From the NCBI GenBank assembly GCA_017880945.1, contig JADGRM010000001.1, positions 1 to 42,355 of the forward strand: a stretch of DNA of 42,355 nucleotides, written 5' to 3'. The position numbers and the translations under genes were made by a program. How positions within the stretch are numbered: position 1 is the stretch's first letter; each line of letters opens with the position of its first letter. The notes under the pieces were generated by a model. That model saw only the letters and a program-made list of their open reading frames with translations. It was not told the DNA's origin and did not search any database. This stretch comes from Gallionella sp. Lineage in GTDB: Bacteria; Pseudomonadota; Gammaproteobacteria; Burkholderiales; Gallionellaceae. This document shows, piece after piece, positions 17,777 to 28,229 of this stretch.

Positions 17777-19192
17777 ATGAGCAGCCGATTGCTGATTTCC
17801 GCAGCGCACAAGTCTTCCGGAAAAACGATGGTCAGCATTGGCTTGTGCGCCGCGTTGAGCAAACGCGGATACGCGGTCCAGCCGTTCAAGAAAGGCCCCG
17901 ATTACATCGACCCGATGTGGCTTAGCCAGGCATCAGGGCGCGCCTGTCGCAACCTCGATTTGTACCTGATGGAACGCGACGACATCGTTGCCACCTTTGC
18001 GCGGCACAGTTCGGAAGTGAATCTGGTCGAGGGCAACAAGGGCTTGTACGACGGTCTTGCGCTGGACGGCAGCAACAGCAACGCCGCGTTGGCGAAGCTG
18101 CTCGACCTGCCGGTGTTCCTGGTGATCGATGCACGCGGCATGACGCGCGGCATCGCTCCGCTGATCCTTGGTTATCAGGCATTTGACCGTGACATAAATA
18201 TCGCCGGGGTGATACTCAATAATCTTGGTGGCAGCCGCCATGAAGCCAAATTGCGTGCAGTTATCGAGCATTACACCGATGTACCCGTAGTCGGTGCGAT
18301 CCATCACGATGAGCGGCTCAGTATCGTCGAACGGCATCTCGGCCTGATGCCCAGCAATGAGTCCCACGTCGCTACGGCAAAGATCAAACAGATCGGCGAT
18401 GCGATTGCGGAACAAGTCGATCTGGACAAGCTGCTCGCGTTGTCGAAGAAACCACCGCTGAACTTTCCGCACAAGGCCAGCGTGAGTCCGCTTCCTTGCG
18501 GCGACAAGGTGCGCATCGGCATCGCGCGCGACCGCGCTTTCGGCTTCTATTACGCCGACGATCTCGACGCGCTGGAAGCGGCGGGAGCTGAGCTGGTGCC
18601 GTTCGATGCGTTGCGTGATGCACACCTGCCGGATGTGGACGCGCTATATATCGGCGGCGGTTTTCCCGAAACCTGTGCCGCCGAACTGGAAACCAACGCG
18701 ACATTGCGCGGTGAGATCAAGCGGGCCATCGAAAACGGCATGCCGGCCTATGCCGAATGCGGCGGGCTGATGTATCTGTCGCGCGGCATCGAATATCAGG
18801 GACGCACCTACCAGATGGTCGGCGCGATCCCCGGCGATGTGAAGATGCACGACAAACCCATCGGACGAGGCTACGTGCATCTCAAGGAAGATGAAGCACA
18901 TCCGTGGCCGCGTCCCAACGCGCCGGCGAAACAGATCAAGGCGCATGAATTTCACTATTCCAGTCTGGAGAACCTCCCGCCGGACACCCGTTTCGCTTAC
19001 CATGTCGAGCGCGGATTCGGTATAGACGGGGAGCGGGACGGCCTGATCCTGCATAACCTGCTGGCTTCCTATACCCACTTGCGCACCATCGGCAGTTGCT
19101 ACTGGGCGACCCGCTTCGTCGCATTCATTCGGCGACAAATGGAACAACACGAAAATTTCGAAACTTCACATACCAGCCGACAAGCAATATGA
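17777..19192 (+). CDS. dsrN: DsrN, siroheme amidase (cobyrinate a,c-diamide synthase family)
   Basis: HKSSGKT, FKKGPDYIDP, EGNKGLYDG, AECGG, HEFHYS. Confidence 0.92.
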   Translation: MSSRLLISAAHKSSGKTMVSIGLCAALSKRGYAVQPFKKGPDYIDPMWLSQASGRACRNLDLYLMERDDIVATFARHSSEVNLVEGNKGLYDGLALDGSNSNAALAKLLDLPVFLVIDARGMTRGIAPLILGYQAFDRDINIAGVILNNLGGSRHEAKLRAVIEHYTDVPVVGAIHHDERLSIVERHLGLMPSNESHVATAKIKQIGDAIAEQVDLDKLLALSKKPPLNFPHKASVSPLPCGDKVRIGIARDRAFGFYYADDLDALEAAGAELVPFDALRDAHLPDVDALYIGGGFPETCAAELETNATLRGEIKRAIENGMPAYAECGGLMYLSRGIEYQGRTYQMVGAIPGDVKMHDKPIGRGYVHLKEDEAHPWPRPNAPAKQIKAHEFHYSSLENLPPDTRFAYHVERGFGIDGERDGLILHNLLASYTHLRTIGSCYWATRFVAFIRRQMEQHENFETSHTSRQAI

Positions 19193-19791
19193 CACAGGAA
19201 CTTTATCAAGCCGCCATCGTTGCCTTTGACCAAGCCAATGCGGAAGACCCGAACAAGGAAATGTCCGACGGCAAGGAATATCCCAAGGAACTGCTCTACG
19301 CGCGGCGCATGAGCGATATGCAGGCGCGCTACGCCCCCGAGGCATCGGAGGCGGTGAAGCTCGCGGTACGAGCCCAGCACATCCAGCGCTGGAAGGTCCC
19401 GCGCAGCAACTATCCGATGGACAAGCAAGGCTATCTGCAATGGCGCACCGGGCTGTACAAGTTTCATGCAGAGACTGCCGGGCGCATCATGCAGGAAGCG
19501 GGTTATGACGACGCGATGATAGCCCGCGTCAAGCCCATCGTGAGCAAGAAGGGGCTTAAGGTCAACGCTGAGACACAGTTGATGGAAGATGTGGTCGACC
19601 TGGTTTTCATCGAGCATTACCTGACTGCATTTGTTGCGCAGCACCCGGAGTATGACGAAGCGAAGTGGGTGCAGATCATCCGCAGGACCTGGCAGAAGAT
19701 GTCGACGCGCGCCCATGAATTTGCACTTGCTGGCAAGATCAAACTGCCGGAAGCGCTGGTGCCGCTTATCCTGAAAGCGGTTCAGGATTAA
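19189..19791 (+). CDS. DUF4202-family protein
   Basis: [40 protein letters not shown] overlap with dsrN and TAATG overlap with cysG. Confidence 0.75.
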   Translation: MTQELYQAAIVAFDQANAEDPNKEMSDGKEYPKELLYARRMSDMQARYAPEASEAVKLAVRAQHIQRWKVPRSNYPMDKQGYLQWRTGLYKFHAETAGRIMQEAGYDDAMIARVKPIVSKKGLKVNAETQLMEDVVDLVFIEHYLTAFVAQHPEYDEAKWVQIIRRTWQKMSTRAHEFALAGKIKLPEALVPLILKAVQD

Positions 19792-21167
19792 TGGACTATT
19801 TGCCGATCTTTGCCGATGTCCGGAACAAGCTGTGCCTCGTGGTCGGCGGCGGTGAAGTAGCCAAACGCAAGGCAGGTGTGCTGCTTGAGGCGGGAGCAAA
19901 TGTGCGCGTGGTCGCACCGCAGATTGAGCCTATGCTCGCGGGACAGAAAGGCGTCAAAGCCATTGTCGCGCGTTTCGATCCACATCACCTCGAAGGTGTG
20001 ACGCTGGTGATTGCGGCGACCAATGACCGCAAAGTCAATCAGCAAGTCTCCGAATTGGCTCGCGCACGCAACATCCCGGTGAACGTGGTGGATGATCCCG
20101 GGTTGTGCAGCTTCATCATGCCCGCCATCCTTGACCGTTCGCCGCTGATGGTGGCGTTTTCCAGCGGCGGTGCGTCGCCGGTGCTGACACGCTTGATGCG
20201 CGGCAAACTGGAGACCATGATCCCGCAGAACTACAGCCTCCTTGCGGCATTCGCGGAGCGCTTCCGTGAATTGGTCAAGCAGCGCGTCACCAATCCGGCG
20301 AAGCGTCGCATCTTCTGGGAGAACGCGCTGGAAGGCGTGATTGCCGAGAAGGTGCTGAGCGGCGATGAAAGCAGCGCGGAAATGATACTGCTGCAGATGC
20401 TGGCGAGCGAGGACAATATCCTGCGCGGCGAAGTGTATCTGGTCGGCGCCGGTCCCGGCGATCCAGATCTGCTGACCTTTCGTGCCTTGCGCTTGATGCA
20501 GAAGGCCGATGTGGTGGTTTATGACAATCTGGTTTCCAAGCCGATAGTCGAGATGACCCGGCGCGATGCAGAGCGCATTTATGTCGGTAAAAAACGCGAC
20601 AACCACACATTGCAACAGGAAGAAATCAATGAGCTGCTGGTGCGCCTGGCCAAAGAAGGCAAGCGCGTGTTGCGCCTCAAGGGCGGCGACCCGTTCATTT
20701 TCGGGCGGGGCGGAGAAGAGATCGAGACCTTGGCAGCGGAAGGCATCCCGTTCCAGGTCGTGCCGGGCATCACCGCCGCCTCCGGCGTGTCCGCCTACGC
20801 GGGCATTCCGCTGACTCACCGCGACCATGCGCAATCCTGCATATTCGTTACCGGGCATCTGAAAGACGGCAGCATGAATCTCGACTGGGACGCGCTGGCA
20901 AGGCCAAAGCAAACCATCGTGGTATATATGGGGCTGCACGGACTGGCAACACTCTGCAGCGAACTGATCGCGCACGGTTTGCCGGGCACCACTCCGGTCG
21001 CGATCGTGCAACAAGGCACCACGAAAAATCAGCGTGTCATCACCGGCACGCTTGCGACGCTGCCCGGAAACACACAGGTTGAAGAGCTGCACGCCCCGAC
21101 TTTGATCATTGTCGGCGGAGTTGTCACGCTCAGGGAAAAATTGGCCTGGTTCAACCCCCAAGTTTAA
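19791..21167 (+). CDS. cysG: Siroheme synthase CysG
   Basis: [50 protein letters not shown]. Confidence 0.95.
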   Translation: MDYLPIFADVRNKLCLVVGGGEVAKRKAGVLLEAGANVRVVAPQIEPMLAGQKGVKAIVARFDPHHLEGVTLVIAATNDRKVNQQVSELARARNIPVNVVDDPGLCSFIMPAILDRSPLMVAFSSGGASPVLTRLMRGKLETMIPQNYSLLAAFAERFRELVKQRVTNPAKRRIFWENALEGVIAEKVLSGDESSAEMILLQMLASEDNILRGEVYLVGAGPGDPDLLTFRALRLMQKADVVVYDNLVSKPIVEMTRRDAERIYVGKKRDNHTLQQEEINELLVRLAKEGKRVLRLKGGDPFIFGRGGEEIETLAAEGIPFQVVPGITAASGVSAYAGIPLTHRDHAQSCIFVTGHLKDGSMNLDWDALARPKQTIVVYMGLHGLATLCSELIAHGLPGTTPVAIVQQGTTKNQRVITGTLATLPGNTQVEELHAPTLIIVGGVVTLREKLAWFNPQV

Positions 21168-21232
21168 CCAGGGAAACTTGAAAGCCTGAAAAGTTGATTA
21201 CCGTTTTTAAACGATTTGTGAGGAGAAGCACG

Positions 21233-22141
21233 ATGAACGAATTGACACTCAAAAATATGTTGTTGTCGGCGTTGTTGTTGTTCGGCGTAAGCAACGCGAT
21301 GGCCGAAGACGTGAATTTGAAACCATTCGTGCTTGCTTCAAAAGCTGCGGGAACGGTTGCCGGGAAAACCGAGCAGGCGAAAGCGTCATTGACCGCGGCC
21401 GGCTTTACCGTGGTCGGAAATTATTCTCCTTATCCCGATGCCAACATTTTGATCGTGACCAATGACGCCTTGAAAAAGAATGCGGCGGATTCCGAGCATG
21501 GCGGGTTCGGCGCGATACAAAGAGTGGCTATCACCAAAGTAAAGGATGAGGTGCAGGTGAGCTATACCAACCCCGTTTACATGGCGAATGCATACCGCAT
21601 GAAGGGCGACTTGAGCGGTGTCGCGGCAGGGTTGGCTGCCGCTCTGGGCAAGATCGAAGAGTTTGGATCCAAGCAGGGCATGACCGCCAAGCAAGCGCGC
21701 AAATATCACTACATGCTGGGGATGGAATATTTCGATGACCAGGATGTGTTGGCTGAATATGCCAGCTACGAAGAGGCTGTTCAGTCAGTTGATGCGAAAC
21801 TGTCTGCCAATAAGAATGGCGTCAGCAAAGTTTACCGTGTCGATATCCCGGGAAAGCAGGAGAGTGTATTCGGTGTCGCGATGAAAGGCGCCACCGAATC
21901 CGAAAAATACATGGACGACAGATTCATCATGAGCGAGATCGACTTTCATGACCTTAGATCAACCGCTCACTTGCCTTATGAAGTATTGGTTTCCGGCAAC
22001 AAGGTTTATGCGATGTATGCACGCTTTCGCATTGCGATCAACTTTCCCGATTTGAGCATGATGGGAAAAAACAGCTTTATGAACATTATGAAAACGCCGG
22101 ATGCGATCCGTGACGTTCTGAAAAAAACAGTTCAAAAATAA
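21233..22141 (+). CDS. Exported (periplasmic) hypothetical protein
   Basis: AGGAG RBS and Sec signal peptide ending AMA; no family firmly recognised. Confidence 0.75.
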   Translation: MNELTLKNMLLSALLLFGVSNAMAEDVNLKPFVLASKAAGTVAGKTEQAKASLTAAGFTVVGNYSPYPDANILIVTNDALKKNAADSEHGGFGAIQRVAITKVKDEVQVSYTNPVYMANAYRMKGDLSGVAAGLAAALGKIEEFGSKQGMTAKQARKYHYMLGMEYFDDQDVLAEYASYEEAVQSVDAKLSANKNGVSKVYRVDIPGKQESVFGVAMKGATESEKYMDDRFIMSEIDFHDLRSTAHLPYEVLVSGNKVYAMYARFRIAINFPDLSMMGKNSFMNIMKTPDAIRDVLKKTVQK

Positions 22142-22180
22142 TTGACACACAGGTTTTAAAATATTAATCAGGAGATTGTA

Positions 22181-22693
22181 ATGGCTGAAAGCGACACTTT
22201 AGGAGATTCTAATCGCCGCAACTTTTTAATCAAGGTCACCTCTGTCGTGGGTGGTGCAGGCGCGGCAGCGGTGTGCGTGCCTTTTGTGGCCAGCATGAAT
22301 CCGAGCTCGGACGTATTGGCCAAGGCCACGACTGAAGTGGATCTGTCCGGGATCCCGGAAGGCGGTGTGCATACAGTCGCCTGGCAGGGCAAGCCGGTAT
22401 TTATTTTTCATCGCACCCAGCAAGAGATCAAGGATATGGAGGCATCCAACGGCGGATTTGATCCGGAGCCGGATCAAAAGCGGGTCAAGCGGCCTGAATG
22501 GCTGGTCGTGGTGGGTATCTGCACGCACCTGGGCTGTGTGCCAAACAAGGAGGGTCCGGGTTGGACATGCCATTGTCATGGCAGCCAGTATGACGACAGC
22601 GGTCGTGTAGTGCGTGGTCCGGCACCGAAAAATCTGGACGTGCCGCCCTACCGGTTTATTGCCGCAGACAAAATGATCATCGGCGAAGCATAG
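22181..22693 (+). CDS. petA: Rieske iron-sulfur subunit of cytochrome bc1
   Basis: Tat signal [30 protein letters not shown]. Confidence 0.95.
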   Translation: MAESDTLGDSNRRNFLIKVTSVVGGAGAAAVCVPFVASMNPSSDVLAKATTEVDLSGIPEGGVHTVAWQGKPVFIFHRTQQEIKDMEASNGGFDPEPDQKRVKRPEWLVVVGICTHLGCVPNKEGPGWTCHCHGSQYDDSGRVVRGPAPKNLDVPPYRFIAADKMIIGEA

Positions 22694-22702
22694 GAGACAA
22701 AC

Positions 22703-23959
22703 ATGAATAACAGAATCATCAAATGGATAGACCAGCGCTTTCCGCTCAGCAGTTTTGTCAAACATGATTTGACCGAATATCCCACCCCCCGCAATCTCAG
22801 CTATTGGTGGAATTTCGGTTTCCTGGCGGGTTTCGTGCTGATGCTGCAGGTGGCCACGGGCATTTTTCTGGCCATGCACTACAAGGCGGATGTCACGCTG
22901 TCGTTTGACTCCATCCAGCACATCATGCGCGACGTGAATTACGGCTGGCTGTTGCGCTTCATGCACGCCACCGGTGCATCGGCATTCTTCCTGGTGATCT
23001 ATATCCACATGGCGCGCACACTCTATTACGGCTCCTACCGCGCGCCCCGCGAGCTGATGTGGTGGACCGGACAGGGATTGCTGCTGATGTTGATGGCAAC
23101 CGCCTTCATGGGCTATTTGTTGCCGTGGGGGCAAATGTCCTTCTGGGGCGCGACCGTGATCACCAATCTGTTCCGTGCCACACCATTCTTCGGCGAACAA
23201 GTGGTCATATGGTTGCGCGGCGATTACGGTGTCGGCGACGCAACACTGACGCGCTTCTTCTCGCTGCACTATTTGTTACCGTTCCTGATCATCGGCGGGG
23301 TGCTGGTGCATCTGGTCGCACTGCATACCGTCAAGAGCAGCAATCCGAGCGGCATCGATCTGGCGGCCAAGGACAACATCCCGTTCCATCCCTATTTCAC
23401 TATCAAGGATTTATACGGGTTGGGCATATTTTTGATCGTGTATTGCATCTTCGTGTTCTTTTTGCCCAATAGTCTGATGGAACCCGCCAACAACATTCCG
23501 GCCAATCCGATGCAAACCCCGACACATATTGTTCCGGAATGGTATTTCCTGCCGTTCTACGCGATCTTGCGCTCGGTGCCGAACCTGGTGGGCGGTGTGG
23601 TGGCGATGGGGTTGTCTGTGATGGTGTTTTCTTTCATGCCCTACCTGGATCGTTCCCGCATTCCCGGCGGGGCACGTTACCGTCCCTGGTACCGCGCGAT
23701 GTTTTACCTGTTCGCGGTGGACATGGTGGTACTGGGATATGTCGGCTACACCCCACCTAGCGATCAGTCCATCGTGATGGGAAAAATAGCGACCTTTTTT
23801 TACTTCGCCATGTTTGTGCTTCTTCCGTTCATTTCCAGGAAGGAAGAGCAATGGCTCATCCGGCGTGGCTTGCCTTCTGATGTAAAAGCACTGGTCGCGA
23901 GCGAAGCCAAGGAAAAAATCAAATTGCCAGACCAGCGCCGCAGTGGAGATATCAAATGA
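22703..23959 (+). CDS. petB: Cytochrome b of bc1 complex
   Basis: WWNFG, HIMRDVNYGW, LPWGQMSFWG, PEWY, four heme-ligand His. Confidence 0.96.
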   Translation: MNNRIIKWIDQRFPLSSFVKHDLTEYPTPRNLSYWWNFGFLAGFVLMLQVATGIFLAMHYKADVTLSFDSIQHIMRDVNYGWLLRFMHATGASAFFLVIYIHMARTLYYGSYRAPRELMWWTGQGLLLMLMATAFMGYLLPWGQMSFWGATVITNLFRATPFFGEQVVIWLRGDYGVGDATLTRFFSLHYLLPFLIIGGVLVHLVALHTVKSSNPSGIDLAAKDNIPFHPYFTIKDLYGLGIFLIVYCIFVFFLPNSLMEPANNIPANPMQTPTHIVPEWYFLPFYAILRSVPNLVGGVVAMGLSVMVFSFMPYLDRSRIPGGARYRPWYRAMFYLFAVDMVVLGYVGYTPPSDQSIVMGKIATFFYFAMFVLLPFISRKEEQWLIRRGLPSDVKALVASEAKEKIKLPDQRRSGDIK

Positions 23960-24597
23960 AAAAGCTCATTGTCATATTGATGCTGTGTTGTTCCTCCATC
24001 GCTGCAGGCGCTGCAGAATCAAAGTTGGAAAATATCCAGGTGGAAACCAGTGTGCAGGCTGTCGAACGCGGCGCAGACGCATTGATGAATACCTGTCATA
24101 GCTGCCATAGCCTGAAATACATCACGTATCACGATCTGGTCAAATTCGGCATGGACAAGAAAAAGGTAGATGACTGGCGCGGAGATCAACCGCTGGATAC
24201 GGCGGTGACCAGCCAGTTGTCCGATGAAACAGCCATTCAATCCTATGGAAAAGTCCCGCCTGACCTGAGTTTGATGACGAAGGCTCGAGAGGGCGGGGCG
24301 AACTATGTGTATACCTATCTCATCGGCTACTACATCACTCCGGAAGGAATGACCAGCAATCATGTTTTTCCTGAAACAAAAATGCCGGATATGATGGGAA
24401 TTAGCGGAGCGACAGACCCGGCGCAACGCGCAGAGATACAGACAAAAGCGCGTGACATCGTGTCATTTCTTGCCTGGGCCGCCGACCCGCATGAGGAGGA
24501 GCGGCACAAACTGGGTTATTACGTAATCGGGTATTTGCTCGTCTTGACTACTCTACTTTTTTTCGTGAAGAACCAAATCTGGTCGCGGTTGAAATAA
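23956..24597 (+). CDS. petC: Cytochrome c1
   Basis: Signal peptide, CHSCH, PPDLS, KMP (distal Met), C-terminal TM anchor. ATGA overlap with petB. Confidence 0.92.
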   Translation: MKKLIVILMLCCSSIAAGAAESKLENIQVETSVQAVERGADALMNTCHSCHSLKYITYHDLVKFGMDKKKVDDWRGDQPLDTAVTSQLSDETAIQSYGKVPPDLSLMTKAREGGANYVYTYLIGYYITPEGMTSNHVFPETKMPDMMGISGATDPAQRAEIQTKARDIVSFLAWAADPHEEERHKLGYYVIGYLLVLTTLLFFVKNQIWSRLK

Positions 24598-24700
24598 CCA
24601 ATTTTTTACGAAGGGTGGCAGCGCCGTTATGCTGTGTATACGCCAAGCATGAACTTTAGGATAATTTTTTTCACGCAGGTATAACTTGAAGGAGTGACTC

Positions 24701-25081
24701 ATGAAAAACAGAACTTTACTGGTTGTTGTTCTCTCTATGCTTTCATTTTCCTCGCTTGCAACTGCTGCGCAGGCAGAAGCCAGCTACAAGAATGATGTTG
24801 TTCCGATTATCCATGACTATTGTTTGAATTGTCACGAGCCGGGAGGCAAGGGCTACGAGAAAAGCGGGTTGAATATGACCACCTATGAGAGCCTGATGAA
24901 GGGTACCAAGTTCGGGGCTGTCATCAAGCCGGGCGACAGTTTTACCAGTATTTTGATCCAGGTGATCGAAGGGCGCGTCCATGCCTCCATCAAGATGCCG
25001 TATGGAATGAACGGTGGCTTGGCCAAGGACAAAATCGAGATATTGAAAAAATGGGTCAATCAGGGCGCCAAGGATAACTGA
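24701..25081 (+). CDS. Exported monoheme c-type cytochrome (planctomycete cytochrome c-like domain)
   Basis: Signal peptide, CLNCH, TYESLMKG, PGDS, KMP, WVNQGA. Confidence 0.8.
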   Translation: MKNRTLLVVVLSMLSFSSLATAAQAEASYKNDVVPIIHDYCLNCHEPGGKGYEKSGLNMTTYESLMKGTKFGAVIKPGDSFTSILIQVIEGRVHASIKMPYGMNGGLAKDKIEILKKWVNQGAKDN

Positions 25082-25127
25082 GTTCATCGCAATTGAGAGT
25101 TGAGAATATAAGCAAGAAGGAAATTGT

Positions 25128-25703
25128 ATGTCCGCAGAATTGCTAGAAGCAGTGAGGTCAGGCGACGTTGATTCCGCCCGGCGTATGTTGGCCGCCGGAG
25201 CCGATGTCAATTTTCGTGACGGCGAGGGCGCCACGCTACTGATGCTGGCTTCACACGCCGGCGATCTATCCATGGTGCGGGCATTGATCGAGGCTGGAGC
25301 GGATGTCAATGCAAGCGATGAAAGAAGTTGGACGCCACTGATGAAGGCGGCGTACAACGCCGAGCAGAATCGGGGGTTCGCGGATGTTGTGCAAGCGCTC
25401 ATCGATGCGGGTGCGAATGTTGAGGCGCCAATCAGCTATGGTATTCGCCCCCTGATGCTGGCGGCGGGTTACGGTGAAACTGCAGTGGCCGAGACCCTGC
25501 TCAGGGCGGGTGCCGATGTCATGGCGCGCAACGATGGCGGCCTTACGGCGCTGATGATGGTGAAGCAAAAGCACTACGTGGATGTGATTAATTTGTTGCA
25601 CGAAGCGGAGCGTGACGCAGGGGTCGGGGAGGGCAGTTGTTCGAGCAAAAACGAACCCGGATCGAAAGTGGTGACTTTCCTGAAGCCTGTCGGCAAGCAC
25701 TGA
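25128..25703 (+). CDS. Ankyrin-repeat protein
   Basis: Repeated GADVN...T(P)LMLAA units. Confidence 0.88.
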   Translation: MSAELLEAVRSGDVDSARRMLAAGADVNFRDGEGATLLMLASHAGDLSMVRALIEAGADVNASDERSWTPLMKAAYNAEQNRGFADVVQALIDAGANVEAPISYGIRPLMLAAGYGETAVAETLLRAGADVMARNDGGLTALMMVKQKHYVDVINLLHEAERDAGVGEGSCSSKNEPGSKVVTFLKPVGKH

Positions 25704-25752
25704 TCATTCACTGTCAAATAGCCGGTTTGTAATAACTTCATGAAAGATTGAA

Positions 25753-25980
25753 ATGCCTTATTTCGTTTACAAAATATTTGAAAAACCTATCCGTCGTTTG
25801 GAAAAGCTGGAACAGCACGAAGCGTTTCGTGAAGCATCGAATCGGGCCAAACAACTGCGCGGCGAACTTCCCGGCGATGCGACATTTATCATCAAAGTGA
25901 TCTTTGCCGAAACAGAATTGCACGCCGAGGATTTGCTCAATCAACTGCGCGTCGCAGCTCCCAATCCTCAGGATGATTAA
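25753..25980 (+). CDS. Small hypothetical protein
   Basis: 75 aa ATG ORF (MPYFVYKI...), co-oriented with a 9-bp gap to the next gene. Confidence 0.65.
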   Translation: MPYFVYKIFEKPIRRLEKLEQHEAFREASNRAKQLRGELPGDATFIIKVIFAETELHAEDLLNQLRVAAPNPQDD

Positions 25981-25989
25981 ACACACGCG

Positions 25990-26418
25990 ATGGATGAGAC
26001 AGCCTATCGGCAGGCGCTGGAAACAGCGATTCCGCGATATTGCCCTTTTGAAAAGTCCGTTCTGACTCATTGCGCCGCTTGTTCGAAAGCAGAGAAACAT
26101 AATATTGCCGAGCGTGAAGTCGTGGCCTGCAATAATGCCGAAGCACATCAACGTTGTATCGCATTGCGTGATTTGTTGCGGCACAACTTCACTTTCGCTC
26201 TGGGTATCTTGCATATTGATGGGCCGCTGCCACACGCAAAAGAAATGCGTATGCAATGCGGTGGCTTGAGAGGATTGCAAATCGCGCTGGACGGCAATGA
26301 TCAGGTACGTGATGTGGCCGCGCTGGTAGAGATGGCGCAGCAGCGATATGGTGAGTTGGCGGAATTGCCTTATTCGTTGATAGTCCAGCGAGCAAATATC
26401 TATTACAAAGGCAGATAG
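25990..26418 (+). CDS. Cys-rich hypothetical protein
   Basis: 142 aa with six Cys (CPFEK, HCAAC, VAC, QRC, QCGGL). Confidence 0.7.
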   Translation: MDETAYRQALETAIPRYCPFEKSVLTHCAACSKAEKHNIAEREVVACNNAEAHQRCIALRDLLRHNFTFALGILHIDGPLPHAKEMRMQCGGLRGLQIALDGNDQVRDVAALVEMAQQRYGELAELPYSLIVQRANIYYKGR

Positions 26419-26472
26419 AATTTTATTACGGGCAGCGCATTTGCTGCTCACAACAGGAGCAACACTGAAATC

Positions 26473-26835
26473 ATGTCAGAGCAACCCACGGAAATTAAAT
26501 TACACCAGCAATCCCGTATGCTGGAGATCGTTTTCAGCGACGATGTCAGTTATCAACTGCCCTATGAGTACCTGAGAGTGTATTCGCCGTCGGCTGATGT
26601 CAGCGGACACGGCCCGGGACAGGAAGTATTGCAAGTAGGTAAAAAAAATGTGGGGATAACTTCACTCATTCCAGTCGGCAGTTATGCCGTGCAAATCAAT
26701 TTTGATGACGGACATGACACCGGGCTTTACACCTGGGGATATCTGTACAAGTTGGGTAAAAATCAGGCAGCATTATGGCAGGATTATCTCGATCGCCTGG
26801 CTGCTGCAGGAGCAAGCCGCGAACCGCGTCCCTGA
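26473..26835 (+). CDS. DUF971 / gamma-butyrobetaine hydroxylase-like N-terminal domain protein
   Basis: EYLRVYSPSADVSGHG, VGSYAVQINFDDGHDTGLYTW. Confidence 0.85.
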   Translation: MSEQPTEIKLHQQSRMLEIVFSDDVSYQLPYEYLRVYSPSADVSGHGPGQEVLQVGKKNVGITSLIPVGSYAVQINFDDGHDTGLYTWGYLYKLGKNQAALWQDYLDRLAAAGASREPRP

Positions 26836-26926
26836 GTCAAAGATACATTAAAAAAATACCCGATAAAAATAGTCAACATAGTTTAAAATCCGAACCTAAA
26901 CCTTTTATCTGATCCAGGAGTGAGCG

Positions 26927-28021
26927 ATGAGTTTTAACGAAACAGATGTGCAAAGCGCGTTGAAGAATCTGATCGACCCGAATACCAAAAAAGATTTTGT
27001 CAGCGGAAAATCCGTGAAGAACGTCAAGGTTTCTGGCGCCGATGTGACGCTGGAAATTCTGCTGGGCTACCCGGCCAAAAGCGTATGGGACGAGATACGC
27101 GCGATGGTTGAAGCGCATCTCAAAGGTGCTTTGCAGGGTGTAGGCAAGGTCAGCGTCACTGTCTCCAGCAAAGTCGTGCCGCACGCGGTACAGCGCGGCG
27201 TGAAGCTGGTTGAAGGCGTGAAAAACATCATCGCCGTGGCGAGCGGCAAGGGCGGTGTGGGCAAATCCACCACCGCAGTGAATCTGGCTTTGGCTCTGGC
27301 TGCCGAGGGTGCGCGGGTCGGCGTGCTGGATGCCGATATTTACGGCCCTTCGCAACCCACCATGCTGGGCATTTCCGGGCAACCCAAATCGGTCGACGGA
27401 AAATCCCTCGAACCGATGACCAATCACGGCCTGCAGGCCATGTCCATCGGCTTCATGATCGATGGCGATGATACGCCCATGGTCTGGCGCGGCCCGATGG
27501 TGACGCAGGCTCTGGATCAATTGCTGCACCAGACCCGTTGGGACAATCTGGATTATCTGGTGGTGGATCTGCCGCCAGGAACCGGTGACATCCAGCTTAC
27601 GCTGGCGCAAAAAGTGCCGGTCACCGGCGCGGTGATCGTCACCACGCCTCAGGACATCGCGCTGATGGACGCGCGCAAGGGACTCAAGATGTTCGAAAAG
27701 GTCGGCATCAAGATCGTCGGCATCGTGGAAAACATGAGCACGCACATCTGCTCGAAATGCGGCCACGAGGAACACATCTTCGGCGCGGGCGGCGGCGAAA
27801 AAATGTGTGCGGATTACAACGTGGAATTTCTGGGCGGGCTGCCGCTGGATATCCGCATCCGCGAACAAGCGGATTCAGGGAATCCTACGGTGGTGGCTGA
27901 TCCAGATGGCACTATCGCCAAGGTATACAAACAGATCGCGCGCCGTATCGCGGTCAAGGTCGCGGATATGGCACAGGATCACAGTGCGGCTTTCCCCAAG
28001 ATTGTGGTACAAAATACCTGA
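26927..28021 (+). CDS. apbC: Fe-S cluster carrier ApbC (Mrp/NBP35 family)
   Basis: ASGKGGVGKST, DADIYGPS, WRGPM, DLPPGTGD, ENMS..ICSKC. Confidence 0.93.
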   Translation: MSFNETDVQSALKNLIDPNTKKDFVSGKSVKNVKVSGADVTLEILLGYPAKSVWDEIRAMVEAHLKGALQGVGKVSVTVSSKVVPHAVQRGVKLVEGVKNIIAVASGKGGVGKSTTAVNLALALAAEGARVGVLDADIYGPSQPTMLGISGQPKSVDGKSLEPMTNHGLQAMSIGFMIDGDDTPMVWRGPMVTQALDQLLHQTRWDNLDYLVVDLPPGTGDIQLTLAQKVPVTGAVIVTTPQDIALMDARKGLKMFEKVGIKIVGIVENMSTHICSKCGHEEHIFGAGGGEKMCADYNVEFLGGLPLDIRIREQADSGNPTVVADPDGTIAKVYKQIARRIAVKVADMAQDHSAAFPKIVVQNT

Positions 28022-28229
28022 ACCGCAATCAGGACTTCTATGAACGTAGCGAGGACCCAATGCAGAATGCGGTAAAGAAAAGCTGAGAGGTCACAGCGAT
28101 TTGATGTGACCCCCGCTTGCCTCATTGCGCCAGCAGAATATACCTAATCAAATATGGCGAAAAACCTCAAAACGACCGCCTTTGAAAAATAAATAATCGA
28201 GCGGTGGCGTAATTCGGATAGACACAGGT

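Noticed and set aside
19788-21161. 457-aa antisense ORF mirroring cysG
   Set aside because: Almost exactly overlaps cysG on the opposite strand; typical shadow ORF.
28089-28111. GGTCACA-N9-TGTGACC inverted repeat between convergent apbC and gspC
   Set aside because: Short stem, no U-tract on either side and a single occurrence; cannot be called a terminator or operator.
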